Notes under the pieces: generated by a model | Told to the model about the DNA's origin: nothing | What the model saw: only the letters and a program-made list of their open reading frames with translations | The model's database searches: none | Part shown: positions 11,309-23,136 of the stretch, in pieces | Position numbering within the stretch: position 1 is the first letter of the stretch | Layout of the letters: every line of letters starts with the position of its first letter | Source of the DNA: Entomortierella parvispora E1425 | Lineage: Eukaryota; Fungi; Mortierellomycota | Assembly (NCBI GenBank): GCA_020891255.1 | Contig: BQFW01000004.1 | Span: 372,001 to 436,000, forward strand | Length of the DNA: 64,000 nucleotides | Direction: 5' to 3' | Made by a program: the position numbers and the translations under genes

Positions 11309-12145
11309 ATGGCTGACACCACCGCTCACGTTGAAAGCACTCCCCACGCTGAGGTTGCGGCCCCCGCTCCTGTGGAAGTTGCCGTTGTTGAAGCAACCAC
11401 AGCCCCTGCAGAGACTGCTCCCGCTGCCGAAGTCGCAGCTGCTGAGCCAGAGGCCACCTTTTCGACTGCTGTTGAGCCATCGGACGCTCCCGTCGAGACT
11501 GGCGATGCTGTTGCAACCGAGGCTGCGGCTGCCCCCGCTGAAGGCGAAGCTGAGGCGGCGACAGAGGCAACAGAGGAAGAGACCTCAAAGGATTCACCCC
11601 CACACTCGACTGGATCGGACAAGAAGAAGTCTTGGATCTCAAAGCTGACAAGCAACATTAAGAAGCTTGCTACTACAGACAAGAAGCTTAAGACTGAAAA
11701 GGGTGCTGCCACATCCCCCACTGAGGGTGAGGCTCCCGCCATTGCTGCTGAGGAGGAGACTGCTGCTGCTCCTGCTGATGCTGCCGAGGCGCCTGTTGTA
11801 GCCGCAGTGGCGACACCCGAGATCACGGAGGAGGCTGCTCCTACGGAGGCCGCGACCGAGACACCTGGTGTTGCTGAGCCCGCTGCTGAAGACAAGCCCG
11901 CGGCCGAGCTCCCTGCCGACGCCCCCCAGAAGCTGAGCAAACGCTTGTCATTCAACATCTTCAAGAAGAAGGAGAAGGCACCCGCACCCGCATCCGCCAC
12001 CGTGCCTGAGGCGACCGACTCAACAGAGGCTGCTGCTGAGGGCGAGACGACCACCCTTGCTGTCAAGGATGCCGCACCAGTGATTGAGACCAACATCCCC
12101 ATGGAGAATGTTGTTGAGGAGACCGCAGTGGCCACCACCAACTAA
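11309..12145 (+). CDS. Ala/Glu/Pro/Thr-rich, probably intrinsically disordered protein (278 aa), function unknown
   Basis: Single open frame with strong coding-like codon usage after a CT-rich leader. It carries two short basic/hydrophobic patches. Confidence 0.85.
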   Translation: MADTTAHVESTPHAEVAAPAPVEVAVVEATTAPAETAPAAEVAAAEPEATFSTAVEPSDAPVETGDAVATEAAAAPAEGEAEAATEATEEETSKDSPPHSTGSDKKKSWISKLTSNIKKLATTDKKLKTEKGAATSPTEGEAPAIAAEEETAAAPADAAEAPVVAAVATPEITEEAAPTEAATETPGVAEPAAEDKPAAELPADAPQKLSKRLSFNIFKKKEKAPAPASATVPEATDSTEAAAEGETTTLAVKDAAPVIETNIPMENVVEETAVATTN

Positions 12146-14442
12146 TCCCCGGGACTTTTTTTGCCCAGCGCACTGCAACACAAGGTAAGGAAAGGATGGA
12201 CGCACATATGAGAGCAGAAGACGTTCTCAACTTTTTTTTAGGGAGAAGGTGTGCTTTTGTTTGGTCGTTCATGCACCATAGATTATGGAGATGGTACATG
12301 AACATAGTGGAGATTGTGGGGGGGGAAGTGCATGGCTTGTTTTTCTCTTCCCTTTTCTTTGCTTCTCTCCTGCTGTGTGTCCCGTCGGGAGGGGAACTAT
12401 AAGATCAATTCAAGGAGACAACAACCCAAGCATGAGAAAGAGAAAAAAATACAGCACGAAAAATGAGGCAGGAGGCGAGATAAGCAATTGGGAAAAGTGC
12501 ATGTTCATGTGCCTTTCTTGTTGCATGTTGTGCATCGCTTTGACCAACAAAAGGGCTGCTTCAGATGGGAGGTACTTGTATGCGGTATTGCGCCTGGGCC
12601 TTTCCACTTTCACTATTCGCTTTTGTTCTGCTGGTCGTTGTTCCGCCCCCACTTGATTGCCGAAAGATCTCTGCCCCATGTTCGCGTGTCACTGCCGCTC
12701 CCTCTCCTTCCGCCTTTCCATTTCACTATCCCCTGACTCGTCGCCTCTCTGTCTCTCATTTCACTTTCTCTTTTTCAATTATACCAACACCCCCTTGAGT
12801 TTCCCTTTTTTTTTTCTTTTGTGCTTTCTCACTCTGTCTTTCTCTCTCTCTTTCTCTCTCTTGAACCCCCTTGGAATCGTTTTACCCCCTCGCCTATTGG
12901 CCACGTTGTAGCCCAAAACGCGATGGGTTCATTTCATTCTCTAGAGCTGAAAGGATCTATGAGATTGACTTAAGAGATGTCTTTTATCTTTGTGTTTTTT
13001 TCCTTTTATTTTATTCTTTTCAAGACGCGTTGTATTTTTGTCGCTGCAGAGGAGGAAAAGGAAAAAAAAAAAAAAAAAAAGAAACAAAAAGCTTGAGAGC
13101 ATTCAGAAATAGCAAATATTGTGGCCACTCCAACCGCAGGATATCTTTGTGGCGCCCGTATTCCAACACTTCATTTTGGCTGACCAAACTTGTTTGTCCA
13201 TTTCTCTTTTCTGTTGCACAAAACGTCTTAGGATGACAGGGGACCCGACATAAAGGAAGAGGCTACTATTCGACCGTTGATGATGATGACAAGACTATAG
13301 CTCCGTCCTGTCCTTCGATCTCTTTCCAAACCTGGAACCCTTCTTTCTCTCACCGTTCGGACAAAACAAACAAAACAAAACAGCAACCAAAACCTCCCTA
13401 CGAAAAGCAGACACACTCACAACATGACCTACCCTTACCATGGAGACCCTATCCTTTGCTCCAGCAATTGAGAGTTGCGCTACCTTCAACGCCATTTGCA
13501 GACTCTCTATATTTCTTCCTTCTCGTCCTCTTTATTTTTTTACCCTCACCCTATTAGTCTCTTTTAATACTAGTAAAGGCTTGATTTCCTTTCAACTACG
13601 ATTGAGAATGATGCTTGAGAATTGGAGAAGGGGGAGAGGGGAAAAGGCAAAGTGAAGATGAGTGAGCAGTGAAGGAGTTAGAGAAAAGATGGGGGAGGAA
13701 AAACGTAAATTCAGGCACGGAATATCTCTGACCTAATGAAGGTGAAGAAAGGGCCTGCAGGAAGGAACAATTATTTGGTAAGGAATGTGATGAGAGCGAG
13801 AGCGAGAAAGTTGATCGAGATAAATGCAGCCTATGAGGGAAGCCAGGGCAGATGCAAGGCCGTAGAAAGAAGAGTGGAATCGAACAAGGAGGGTACGATT
13901 TCCTATCCCCACCCCTCCCCCTGCCGTTGACGTGCAGTCTGGCTTTCGAATGTTTGTTCAAGGGAAAAGAGGACTGATCGGATCGAGATGGGGGGGAGAG
14001 AAAGACAACCTCCAGAAAGACACGAAATTGGGGGAAGCGTGGATGGAAGCAAAGACGATAGGTGCGAGAGACGTGCGGAAAAGCGGGGTTTGCTTTGTAA
14101 AAGTTGTGCCGTGGGTCCAGCCAAGGAGGAAATCAAATCAATCGTCCTTTGTCCGACGAGACAAGATTTGAGCACGTCGTTCGGCCAGGGCAAGACAGGG
14201 CTGGGCTGGGCAGATAACAGCCGATCTCCTCTCCCACGCAGTCAGTGCGTGCGTCGAAAGAGATGTGCAATGATTTGGCCGAGCGAGGAGCACAGAAGCA
14301 CAGAAGCACGAGCGGAGTGCGTCGCACGCAACAAATGTTTTATCCGGGGCTGGGACGAGATCAGACGTGGTCACAGACGGTGCAAAGGGGGGGGACTCGC
14401 TGGACAGTGGACGACGCTTTATAAGAACGCCCCTCTTCCGTG

Positions 14443-14476
<34 letters not shown>

Positions 14477-14735
14477 TCTTCTTCTTTTTTCACCCCCACC
14501 CTCCACCCGCCCTTCTTTCATCCTTTGCTTTTTGTGCACCTCCCTTGTCAGCAACAACAACAACAACAACAACAACATCAACAGTGTCACCCGTCCTGGT
14601 CACTCCCCCCTTCACGAGATCTCTCCTTTTTCACCTCTTTTGTGGCATTCATTGACTTGACCTAGCTTGCCATTCATTGCATTCCTTTCCTCTTCTCCTC
14701 CTCCTCCTCAACACCAACTACACACCACATACAAC

Positions 14736-17193
14736 ATGCCTATTGTATCCAGTCTCGCCAACAACCCCACGGTTCAGGTTCTTCAAGCCTACTTGAACAA
14801 CCCCCGTTTGTCCAACATCAAGAACATCGTCTTCATCTTCTTTATCTACAAGATCCTCTCTTTCCTCAACACCACCTTTGTCGTCCATGGTGCCTCCAGA
14901 ACCTACAACGAAGTCAAGCTTTACTTGAGTGCTGTAAGTGGTCCTTGTTGTGTCTCCGCGATCGTCATCATCACGCATCGTCCCTATGATCAAGATGAAA
15001 AAACGAAAAATTTGAGTGGTGTCTGACCTGGATCGAATCCCTGATTCCCCTCCCCCTCATTTTGTTTCTATTGGTTACGAACATACTAGCTTGCTTTCAA
15101 GTATGCAAAGATGCTGCCAAGTGTCAAGGAGAAGTTGAACCGTGAGCTCGGAAAGGCTGCCAAGGACATTGAGGACAAGGTCGCACCTCAGGATGATACG
15201 CATCCCCGCTATACCACCTTGCCCCGTCATGGATTCACGGATGCGGAGATGGACAAGGAATTGAACAGGTAACGCACGAAACCAACAGTCTATTGTTTGG
15301 CATCGGAGCAATTGCTGAGTGGCGGTGGTGGCGACATTGCGCACCTGAAAACTTGTGACAAATGGAATGGAACGATCTATCTTTTTTTAAAGGGGGGGAA
15401 CGGAGAAGTGAGGTTGAGTGAGCGAGAGCAATCGAACAACGACATCATCAGCTACCGCCGCTACCGGTTCAACCCCAATTGTATCTTCGTCTTGGAACCA
15501 AATACAACACGAAAGAGGCAAGATCCCTTTCCTCCGCAAAGGGCTCATTCCGACTGCTTTAGTAAAGACATCGATAGCAGCAACAGCAACAACAACCACA
15601 ACCACAAAACAACAACGCTGTTGGATTGGCTCAACTATTGTTGACGTTACATCGGTCCGGGCAAGAGCTTTATCGTACATGATGGTGCATTAAGGACGTG
15701 AAGAGGAAAGAGGAACGGGGAGGGGTCTCAACAAAAGGCCAACATCTCAAACTGACATGACTAAGGTTAATGCCGTTGATTTGTGTTACTAACATCTTTT
15801 TATTTTATTTTTGCTTTAACAGATACAGCGAATTGCCCCACACTGCCTGGGAGAAGGGCCGTGTCTCTGGAGCCGTCTACCATCACAACAAGGTGCTCTC
15901 AGACTTGGGTGCCAGAGCCTACAAAATGTTCTCATCTGCTAACCCTCTTCACCCTGAAGTCTTCCCCGGAACCCGCAAGATGGAGGCCGAAGTCTGCGCC
16001 ATGGTCACCAACCTTTTCCACGGTGGCCCCAACGCCGGAGCTGTCATGACCTCTGGAGGTACTGAGTCGATTTTGATGTCCTGCAAGACCCATCGCGAGT
16101 GGGGCAAGGACGTCAAGGGAATTACCAAGCCCGAGATGTAAGTTTTTTTTCTTTGTTAATTTCTTGTACAAGAGTTTCTCCGCTTGCTTCATTTTTTTCT
16201 GTTCACACTATTTCGTGGTCTCTAACTTTCACTCCTCAATGAATTAGTGTCGCTCCCGTCACCATTCACGCCGCGTTCAACAAGGCCGCCGACTATTTCG
16301 GCATGAAGATCATCCTTGTGCCCATCGACCCTGTCACCATGCAGGCCGACCTCAAGGCCGTCAAGCGTGCCATCAACAAGAACACCGTCTTGATTGCAGG
16401 ATCAGCCGTCAACTACCCTCACGGAGTCATGGACGATATCGAGGCTCTCGGTCAGTTGGCCTTGAAGCACAACGTTGGATTGCACGTCGACTGCTGTCTT
16501 GGATCGTTCATGGTCGCGTTCGCGGAGAAGGCTGGTTACAAGTTGCCTCTCTTTGATTTCCGTGTGCCAGGAGTGACTGCCATCTCTTGCGATACCCACA
16601 AGTACGGATTCGCCCCCAAGGGTTCTTCGATCATGATGTACCACTCCAAGGAGTTGCGCCGGTATCAGTACTTCAGCTTGCCCACCTGGCCCGGTGGAAT
16701 TTACGCCTCGCCTTCCGTTGCTGGATCGCGCCCCGGTGCCTTGATTGCTGGATGCTGGGCCACTTTGATGCACATTGGAGAGGAAGGTTATATTAAGGAG
16801 GCCAAGAAGGTCATTGGCGCCCAGATCAAGGTCCGCAAGGCGATCGAGGCCATCCCCAGCTTGTACGTCTATGGTGAGCCCCGTACATCCGTGGTCGCCT
16901 TCAATTCTACAAAGTTCAACATTTACGACATCAGTGATCAGATGAAGAAGCGCGGCTGGCACTTGTCGGCCTTGCAGTCCCCCCCTGGTGTCCACTTTAC
17001 CTCCACCATCCCCTCAGCAGATGCCTCGGATGAGTTCATTGTGGATTTGCAGGAGGTGATGCAGGACTTTGAGAACGGCAAGGTCACAGAGACTGGATCA
17101 ACAGCAGGCATGTACGGTATGGCCGCCACTGTCCCAACAGATGTCGTCGCCGATGTTTCCTTGGCCTTTGTCGATGCCATGTACAAGCCCTAA
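14736..17193 (+). CDS. DPL1: Sphingosine-1-phosphate lyase (PLP-dependent); exons ~14736-14933, 15090-15269, 15823-16137, 16248-17193
   Basis: GRVSGAVYH, SANPLHPEVFPG, MTSGGTESILMSCK, LHVDCCLGSF, ISCDTHKYG (PLP lysine) and GGIYASPSVAGSRPGA. Confidence 0.96.
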
Positions 17194-17566
17194 AGGATCT
17201 ACACTTCAACAAAAAAAAAAAAAAAAAAAAAAAAATAGGATACCAAGCCTCCATGTATAATAACAATAAATTCAAAAGACAAAAATCCTCCAGTGATACA
17301 TGATATGAGGCTTTAAAGTCAATGAACTGGGGACCATATTCTCTTCCATCTGCTCCTGCTCTGTTGCCTTGTCGACAACTCGGTACGGGAGCGACAACGA
17401 GAATCTGATGCAATTTGGACAATTGTCTTGTCGGCCATTTTGGTGGCGTTACAAAGACGGGTGTCACGTGCGCTCATCGCATCGCATCTTCCTTCCCCCT
17501 CTCATTGTCGTTGCACTCGCTCGTTCCCATTGTCATTCCAAAGACCACTTCTTCCACAGCATCAAC

Positions 17567-18290
17567 ATGAGTCAACCATCACGGCATCGAGTAATAGCGC
17601 TCTACAAGCAGGTACATTTGTATAGGACCATGCTTCAAGCCCTGTTGACCATCTTGACTTCCTTCTCAATTGTTTCTGCGCACCCTGTCATTTCCCACCC
17701 CAAAGGCAACCGTTACCCAGTCTTCGGCTCGCTGTATATCCCCTTCTTCTACCATTCCTGCCTCTATCACAGATCCACGATTTGCGGATCGCGTTTTCTG
17801 CCTAATTTCTGACAAGGTTGTCCTGTTTTTTCCTTGACTCTATCGCGATATTCTAGCTTTCATACCTCGGACGCGAATATCCAGCAGGATCCGATTTTTT
17901 CCACAAGAAACTCAAGTCGGCGTTCCTAAAGAATAAGGATCTCAAGGACCCAGCCGAGATTCAGAAACGAATTGACCTTGGCGACTATGTTTGCAAAGGT
18001 AGAGGAGGAACAAAGAAGAATGGATAGCAGGTGGAACAGTCTTGCACACACCATAAAAAAAAAAAAAAAGACGCGTTCTCGTGAACCCATTTTTGCTTCT
18101 CCGTTTCGCTCTCTGACATCCCGACATCTTTTTTTTTTTTACTATTCATGTAGAAATCGAGGCTATGTACCATATCAACAAATACCGAGCCATGAAAAAG
18201 AGATACTACGAGGATCATGAGGCCGAGTCACTACAGCAGAAATTGGAGAGCAAGTGGGCTTCCTCAGAAGGCACGCCCTTGAAGAAATAA
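17567..18290 (+). CDS. LYRM5: LYR-motif protein, LYRM5/ETFRF1-like; exons 17567-17611, 17857-17998, 18154-18290
   Basis: Spliced MSQPSRHRVIALYKQ|LSYLGREYPAGSDFFHKKLKSAFLKNKDLKDPAEIQKRIDLGDYVCK|EIEAMYHINKYRAMKKRYY closely follows the LYRM5 pattern. Confidence 0.9.
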
Positions 18291-18420
18291 AGTAGAAAAA
18301 ATTGACAACAAAGTCGACTGTATCCACAATTAAAAACAATGACAACAATATCTCTATCTTACAGGCACGCGCACATTGAACAGATTTAGAATGAACATGC
18401 TGCAACGGACACCACTGCAC

Positions 18421-18430
<10 letters not shown>

Positions 18431-18462
<32 letters not shown>
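18431..18462. repeat. (CT)16 microsatellite next to a poly-C run
   Basis: Read directly from the sequence. Confidence 0.9.
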
Positions 18463-18464
<2 letters not shown>

Positions 18465-18627
18465 TCTCCGTATAACATGGACAATCCACAGATTCATTCA
18501 GAAGCGTAGTCAAAGCAAACAGTGTCCCAATGCCCGTACAATGCAGCCTTATCTTCATTGGCTGCCATGATATTAGAATTATATAGTCAGACCCTTGAAT
18601 ATTGGATCCAAGGATGATCGCTCAAAT

Positions 18628-19700
18628 GTGGTCACTGGGACGGGATCTGAAGAACGGCCGTTTTTGGACGAGTTGAGCGAAAAACAAGAATACTTGGTTT
18701 TATGACATGGGTCGACGCTTTTCGACGAGAAGAGCACAACGCATTTGGTCCCAAGTGGATGGGATGACTTTTTACTAGTCAACATTGCTGTTCAAAGGTG
18801 CATCGAGTCTACTACAGATTGGCGCTGGAGCCGTATGGGGCAACGGGATGAAGCATCAGCGATCAAGAAGAATTTTTCTTCCTTCAGTCGTACGTGTTGC
18901 GTTCGAGGGCGAGAGGAAGGATCTATGGAGCATCGGTTTTTTGACGAGTTGGACGAAATCCATGAACCATTGATTCTATGACATGAATCGATACTCCTTC
19001 GAAAGAGAATTTCAACGCACCAGGTCTTGCGAGTGGGGGATCATCTTTCGCTAGTCAACATTGCTGTTCTAAGCTCAGGCTGCTCGGTCCTCAATGTCGA
19101 CTAGTAAAAGATCGTCTTCTTCATCTGGGACTAAGTACGCTGTGGCCCTATTGTCGAGAAGCATCGATTCATGTCATAGAATCAAATGTTCATGGATTTC
19201 GTCCAACTCGTCAAAAAACCGATGCTCCATAGATCCTTCCTCTCGCCCTCGAACGCAACATTTACGATTGGAAGAAGATTTTTCTTCCTGCAATCGCTGA
19301 TGCTTCACCGACTTTTGAACAGTAATGTAGACTAGTGAAAGATCGTCTCCTTGACCTGGGACCAAGTGGATTGTGTTCTCCTCGTCGAGGAGTATCGATC
19401 TATGTCGTAATATCAAAGATGTATGTTTTTCGCCCAACTCGTCAAAAAACTGCCGATTCATGGATCCACATCCACGGTCAGATCCTTCAAAGTCAGGTGA
19501 TGTTACCCTCTTCAGAAGCAAATGTCACTTAATAAAAAGTCGTCTCCCTCAACTGGGACCAAGTGGATTGTGTTCTCCTCGTCGAGGGGCATCGACCCAT
19601 ATTGTAATATCAAATATTTGTGGTTTTCGCCCAACTCGTCAAGAAACTCTGAATCATTTCCTTTGGTCGATCCAGCTTCAAATCAGTGAGCAGGTGATTT
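18628..19700. repeat. Array of five ~200-240-bp related units: two forward (~18628-18800, ~18845-19073) and three inverted (~19091-19309, ~19312-19510, ~19520-19700)
   Basis: Shared core TTTT(T/G)GACGAGTTG...TCGA...GGTCCCA...CTAGTC in each copy. 18895-18992 is the reverse complement of 19163-19260 at 96/98 positions. Unit boundaries are approximate. Confidence 0.9.
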
Positions 19701-21397
19701 GCGCAGGCAAAGACTTTACCTACGCCCCGCTTCACCCTTCATTCTGGTCATATCGGGAAGAGACGCGATGACTAGAAAACACCTTACGAAAAACTGGTTG
19801 ATCATGAATTGGAGAAAGATCCTCGCTGTCGAAGAACTCTCAAACAATCGGCTGGCAAGTTACACAAAGTCTAGACAGAGGCAGAGAGAAAGGTTCAAAC
19901 CATCGAGTCTTGGCCTGAACTCTTCCCTTTCCCATTGCAGACCTCTCCCTCTCTCTATCGTGTTTAATGTTCGCCTCCGCCGCGTCTTTCTCCGCACACT
20001 CCATGGCCGAGTGCGGTGCGACGTTTGCTGCTGGTTCCCACCATTTTCTGACTACAAAGTATTTTTTTTATTATTTTTATTGTTCTTCAGCCCAGACGGC
20101 CCAGTTCTTGTCCCTGGCTACTATAACCTGGCGCGCAGTCTTGTAATCTTGTGATGCCGAAGCCCGTAGATCCTAACCATCTCCACGAACGCGCTCGCTC
20201 CTCTACCCCAGACCCAGTTTTCAGCATCAGCAGCAAGGGGGAAAATTTCCTGGGTCCCTTTGCTGCTTGCCCAATCGGAGGACTCTGTGTAACAGTGACC
20301 CACTTTCGTTGTCCCTCACTCTTCCTCGACCTGCTGGAGATGGTTTTGTTTCCTCTCTGGCGTTTAGACATTCATGGTGAGTGACAATTGGTCGTTTTCA
20401 TTTTGTCCCGGCATGGCGACCTTGGTTTTAATCTGGTGGATAGGACAAACAAGACAATGATGTCACATGGCGCCATTTACTCCCCTCCTACTTCCAAACC
20501 CCCACTGTCTTTCGCCTCATCTATCCTGTTTTTGGCCCTGAGAGGGCAGACAAGAAAGGGAAGCCTGGATGTTGGGGGGTAAGCAGGCGACCTGAAGGCA
20601 AGGGTCAGTGCTCGTCTGTGGTTGAAGTGTGAGCTCGTCCCTTCCAGCTTTTTCGATGCCATACTCGGTCCGCATTGAGAGATAGATCAAGGGGCAAAAC
20701 ATGACAAAATACAGAGACTAACAGGTGAAGTGCAACCACCACACCGTGCAGGGCGCTGGTCCAGTCTGCGCAGACATCTGACCTTGGGGCTGCAGTGATC
20801 GCTCGAGAGGATCTTGAGAATCTCCACAACCTCCCTCTTCGCAGGCAGGCAAAAGAAGAAAGAGAATCAAGCTACCCTCGGGAGAAAAAGAACCAGGGAC
20901 GAGATAGGGACTCAGCAGGAAGGTCTCAAACAGCTCGAAATGGCAGGAAACTGTCCAAGAGAGCATTTTTCATTTTAGTTTCGGCGACTGAATTGGGCAA
21001 GGTAGGGTGATGGACAGTCCACGGTGTTTGCTACTCTTTCGAGTTGTGTTGTGTTCAGTTCGATTGAAAAGAAGGCAAGAATGCCACGGCGCATGGTCGC
21101 TCTTTGTTTGGACACAACAACAACAGAGGGAAGCTAAAAGGGCCAGAAGGCAGAGGCGTTGTGCCGTTGGACAGGCAACGATTGACGATCATTGGGAGCC
21201 ACGGGACTTTATATAAAAAGAGTTCATCCCCCCCTGCTTCGTTTTACTTTTTTTTTTCCTTCTTTCTTTTCTCCTTTTGTTTCTTGTCCAGCACCACTTC
21301 CTCTGCTCTCCCTCCTCCTACCTTCGATTTCTTTTGGTCATCGACATTGTATAATATATCCACCTCTCTCTTCCACCTAAGTAACACTATCAGATAA

Positions 21398-22952
21398 ATG
21401 GCTGAAGTGTTGCCTACCAACCACAGGAGCGAGAATCGCCACCAAGGCTATGGATCTATGATCAAGGGCAATGTCGAGGAGCGTTTGACATCCTTCAGGT
21501 CTGGACTCACCCTCGGTGAAATGAGTGGATCGCTTGGAGATCTGGGCACCCTCTTGCCCATCCTGCTGTCCTTGGCCTTAACTGGTCAGATTGATCTCAC
21601 GGCCAGTTTGATCTTTGGAGGTGTCTGGAACATTGTTACTGGTATCATGTTCCGCATGCCCATGTGTGTCCAGCCCATGAAGTGTAAGATTCCTTTGGAG
21701 TTATTGTTGTGGTGACGCCAATCCTTTGCCTCTCATCTAATACAAATCCTTTATTTCCTACCATGCAGCCATTGCTGCAATTGCTTTGACTAACCAGATG
21801 AGCCGAGGTGCTGTGATGGGTGCCGGTATTTCTGTCTCGATGGTCATATTTTTCCTTGGCGCGACGCGTACGATTCACCTTGTCAAGAAGTTTACTCCCA
21901 TGTCTGTGATTCGCGGTATCCAGCTCGGAACCGCTATTTCGTTCGCTGGCAAGGCTGCTGCTCTGGTGAAGCAGGCCAACACCTTTGGAGGCGAAGGCTG
22001 GGATTGGGCCAACAACTACGAGTGGGCATGTGCGAGCTTTATTATCGTGTTCTTGTTCTATTACCGATCCAAGAGGGTTCCCACGGCCATGATCCTGTTC
22101 TTCATCGGATTGATCATTGCCTTCATCAAGCTGTACACCAACCCTCCCAATGGCGCCAATTACCCCAAGATTGGCATTTACACTATCTCGACCATTGTGC
22201 CCACTGTCGAGGAGTTTAAACATGGTTTCTTGTCAGCCGGATTGGGTCAAATTCCATTGACGGCCTTGAACTCTGTAATTGCTTTGGCGGCCTTGGCCAA
22301 CGATCTGTTCCCTGAGTTGCCAGCAGGAACCCCCCACATCTCTATGTCGATTGGTGTCATGAACTTGGTTGGTTGCTTCTTTGGCTCGATGCCCTTCTGC
22401 CATGGCTCTGGAGGATTGGCGGCCCAGTACCGCTTTGGCGCTCGCACAGAGGTCTCCATCATCGTCTTGGGATCGCTCAAGATCTTTTTTGGTCTGTTCT
22501 TTGGCAGCTCATTGATGGGCCTGATCCAGTCCTTCCCCTCCTCGATTTTGGGCATCATGCTCTTTATCTCTGGTGTGGAATTGGGTGCCGCGGCCAGAAG
22601 TGTGAACGATGGGGTGGTCGACGACCAAAAGCGCCACGCCAACTTCATTGTCATGACCGTTACCGCTGGCATGCTGGTGGGCTTTAGTAACGATGGTATT
22701 GGTTTCTTGGGCGGTATGGTCACGGCCCTCTCCTTCTACATTGGCTCCAGGATTGGTGGTACCATGGACAATGACAACACTGGCATCTTGCCCGAGGGTC
22801 TCCCTCTCCGTGAGAACGTTCTTCAGGCTGACAGCACCGCAGCCTTGACCACTGTCCCTTGCGAGAGCAACGATGAGCAGCAAGAAGGCGGTTCTACCCA
22901 CAAGATGGTCTTTGGGGAGAGAGAGTCTGCTTCCAGCCACCAGAGCGTTTAG
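21398..22952 (+). CDS. Molybdate transporter, MOT1 family (MFS_MOT1); 2 exons
   Basis: EMSGSLGDLGTLLP, PMCVQPMK|SIAA, QIPLTALNSVIA and MPFCHGSGGLAAQYRFGART are the MOT1 family signatures. Multiple hydrophobic segments are present. Confidence 0.92.
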
Positions 22953-23136
22953 AAAAACAAGACATTGTCGTCTTATCTGTATTTAGCCCCCACCATCGTA
23001 ATATACATATCATTCTTTTTTTTTTATCAGTTTATTACTTTTGAAGCAGATCGTGAACGTACAGGTTACGGAAATGACAGGGAAAAAAAGACAAGGAAGC
23101 AAGAGTGGAGGACTATCCAAACTTCTTTCGATCATC

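Noticed and set aside
18628-19700. Repeat array as a CRISPR-like array or MITE cluster
   Set aside because: The units are ~200+ bp, diverged and mixed in orientation, with no unique spacers. No terminal inverted repeats with target-site duplications or transposase were seen.
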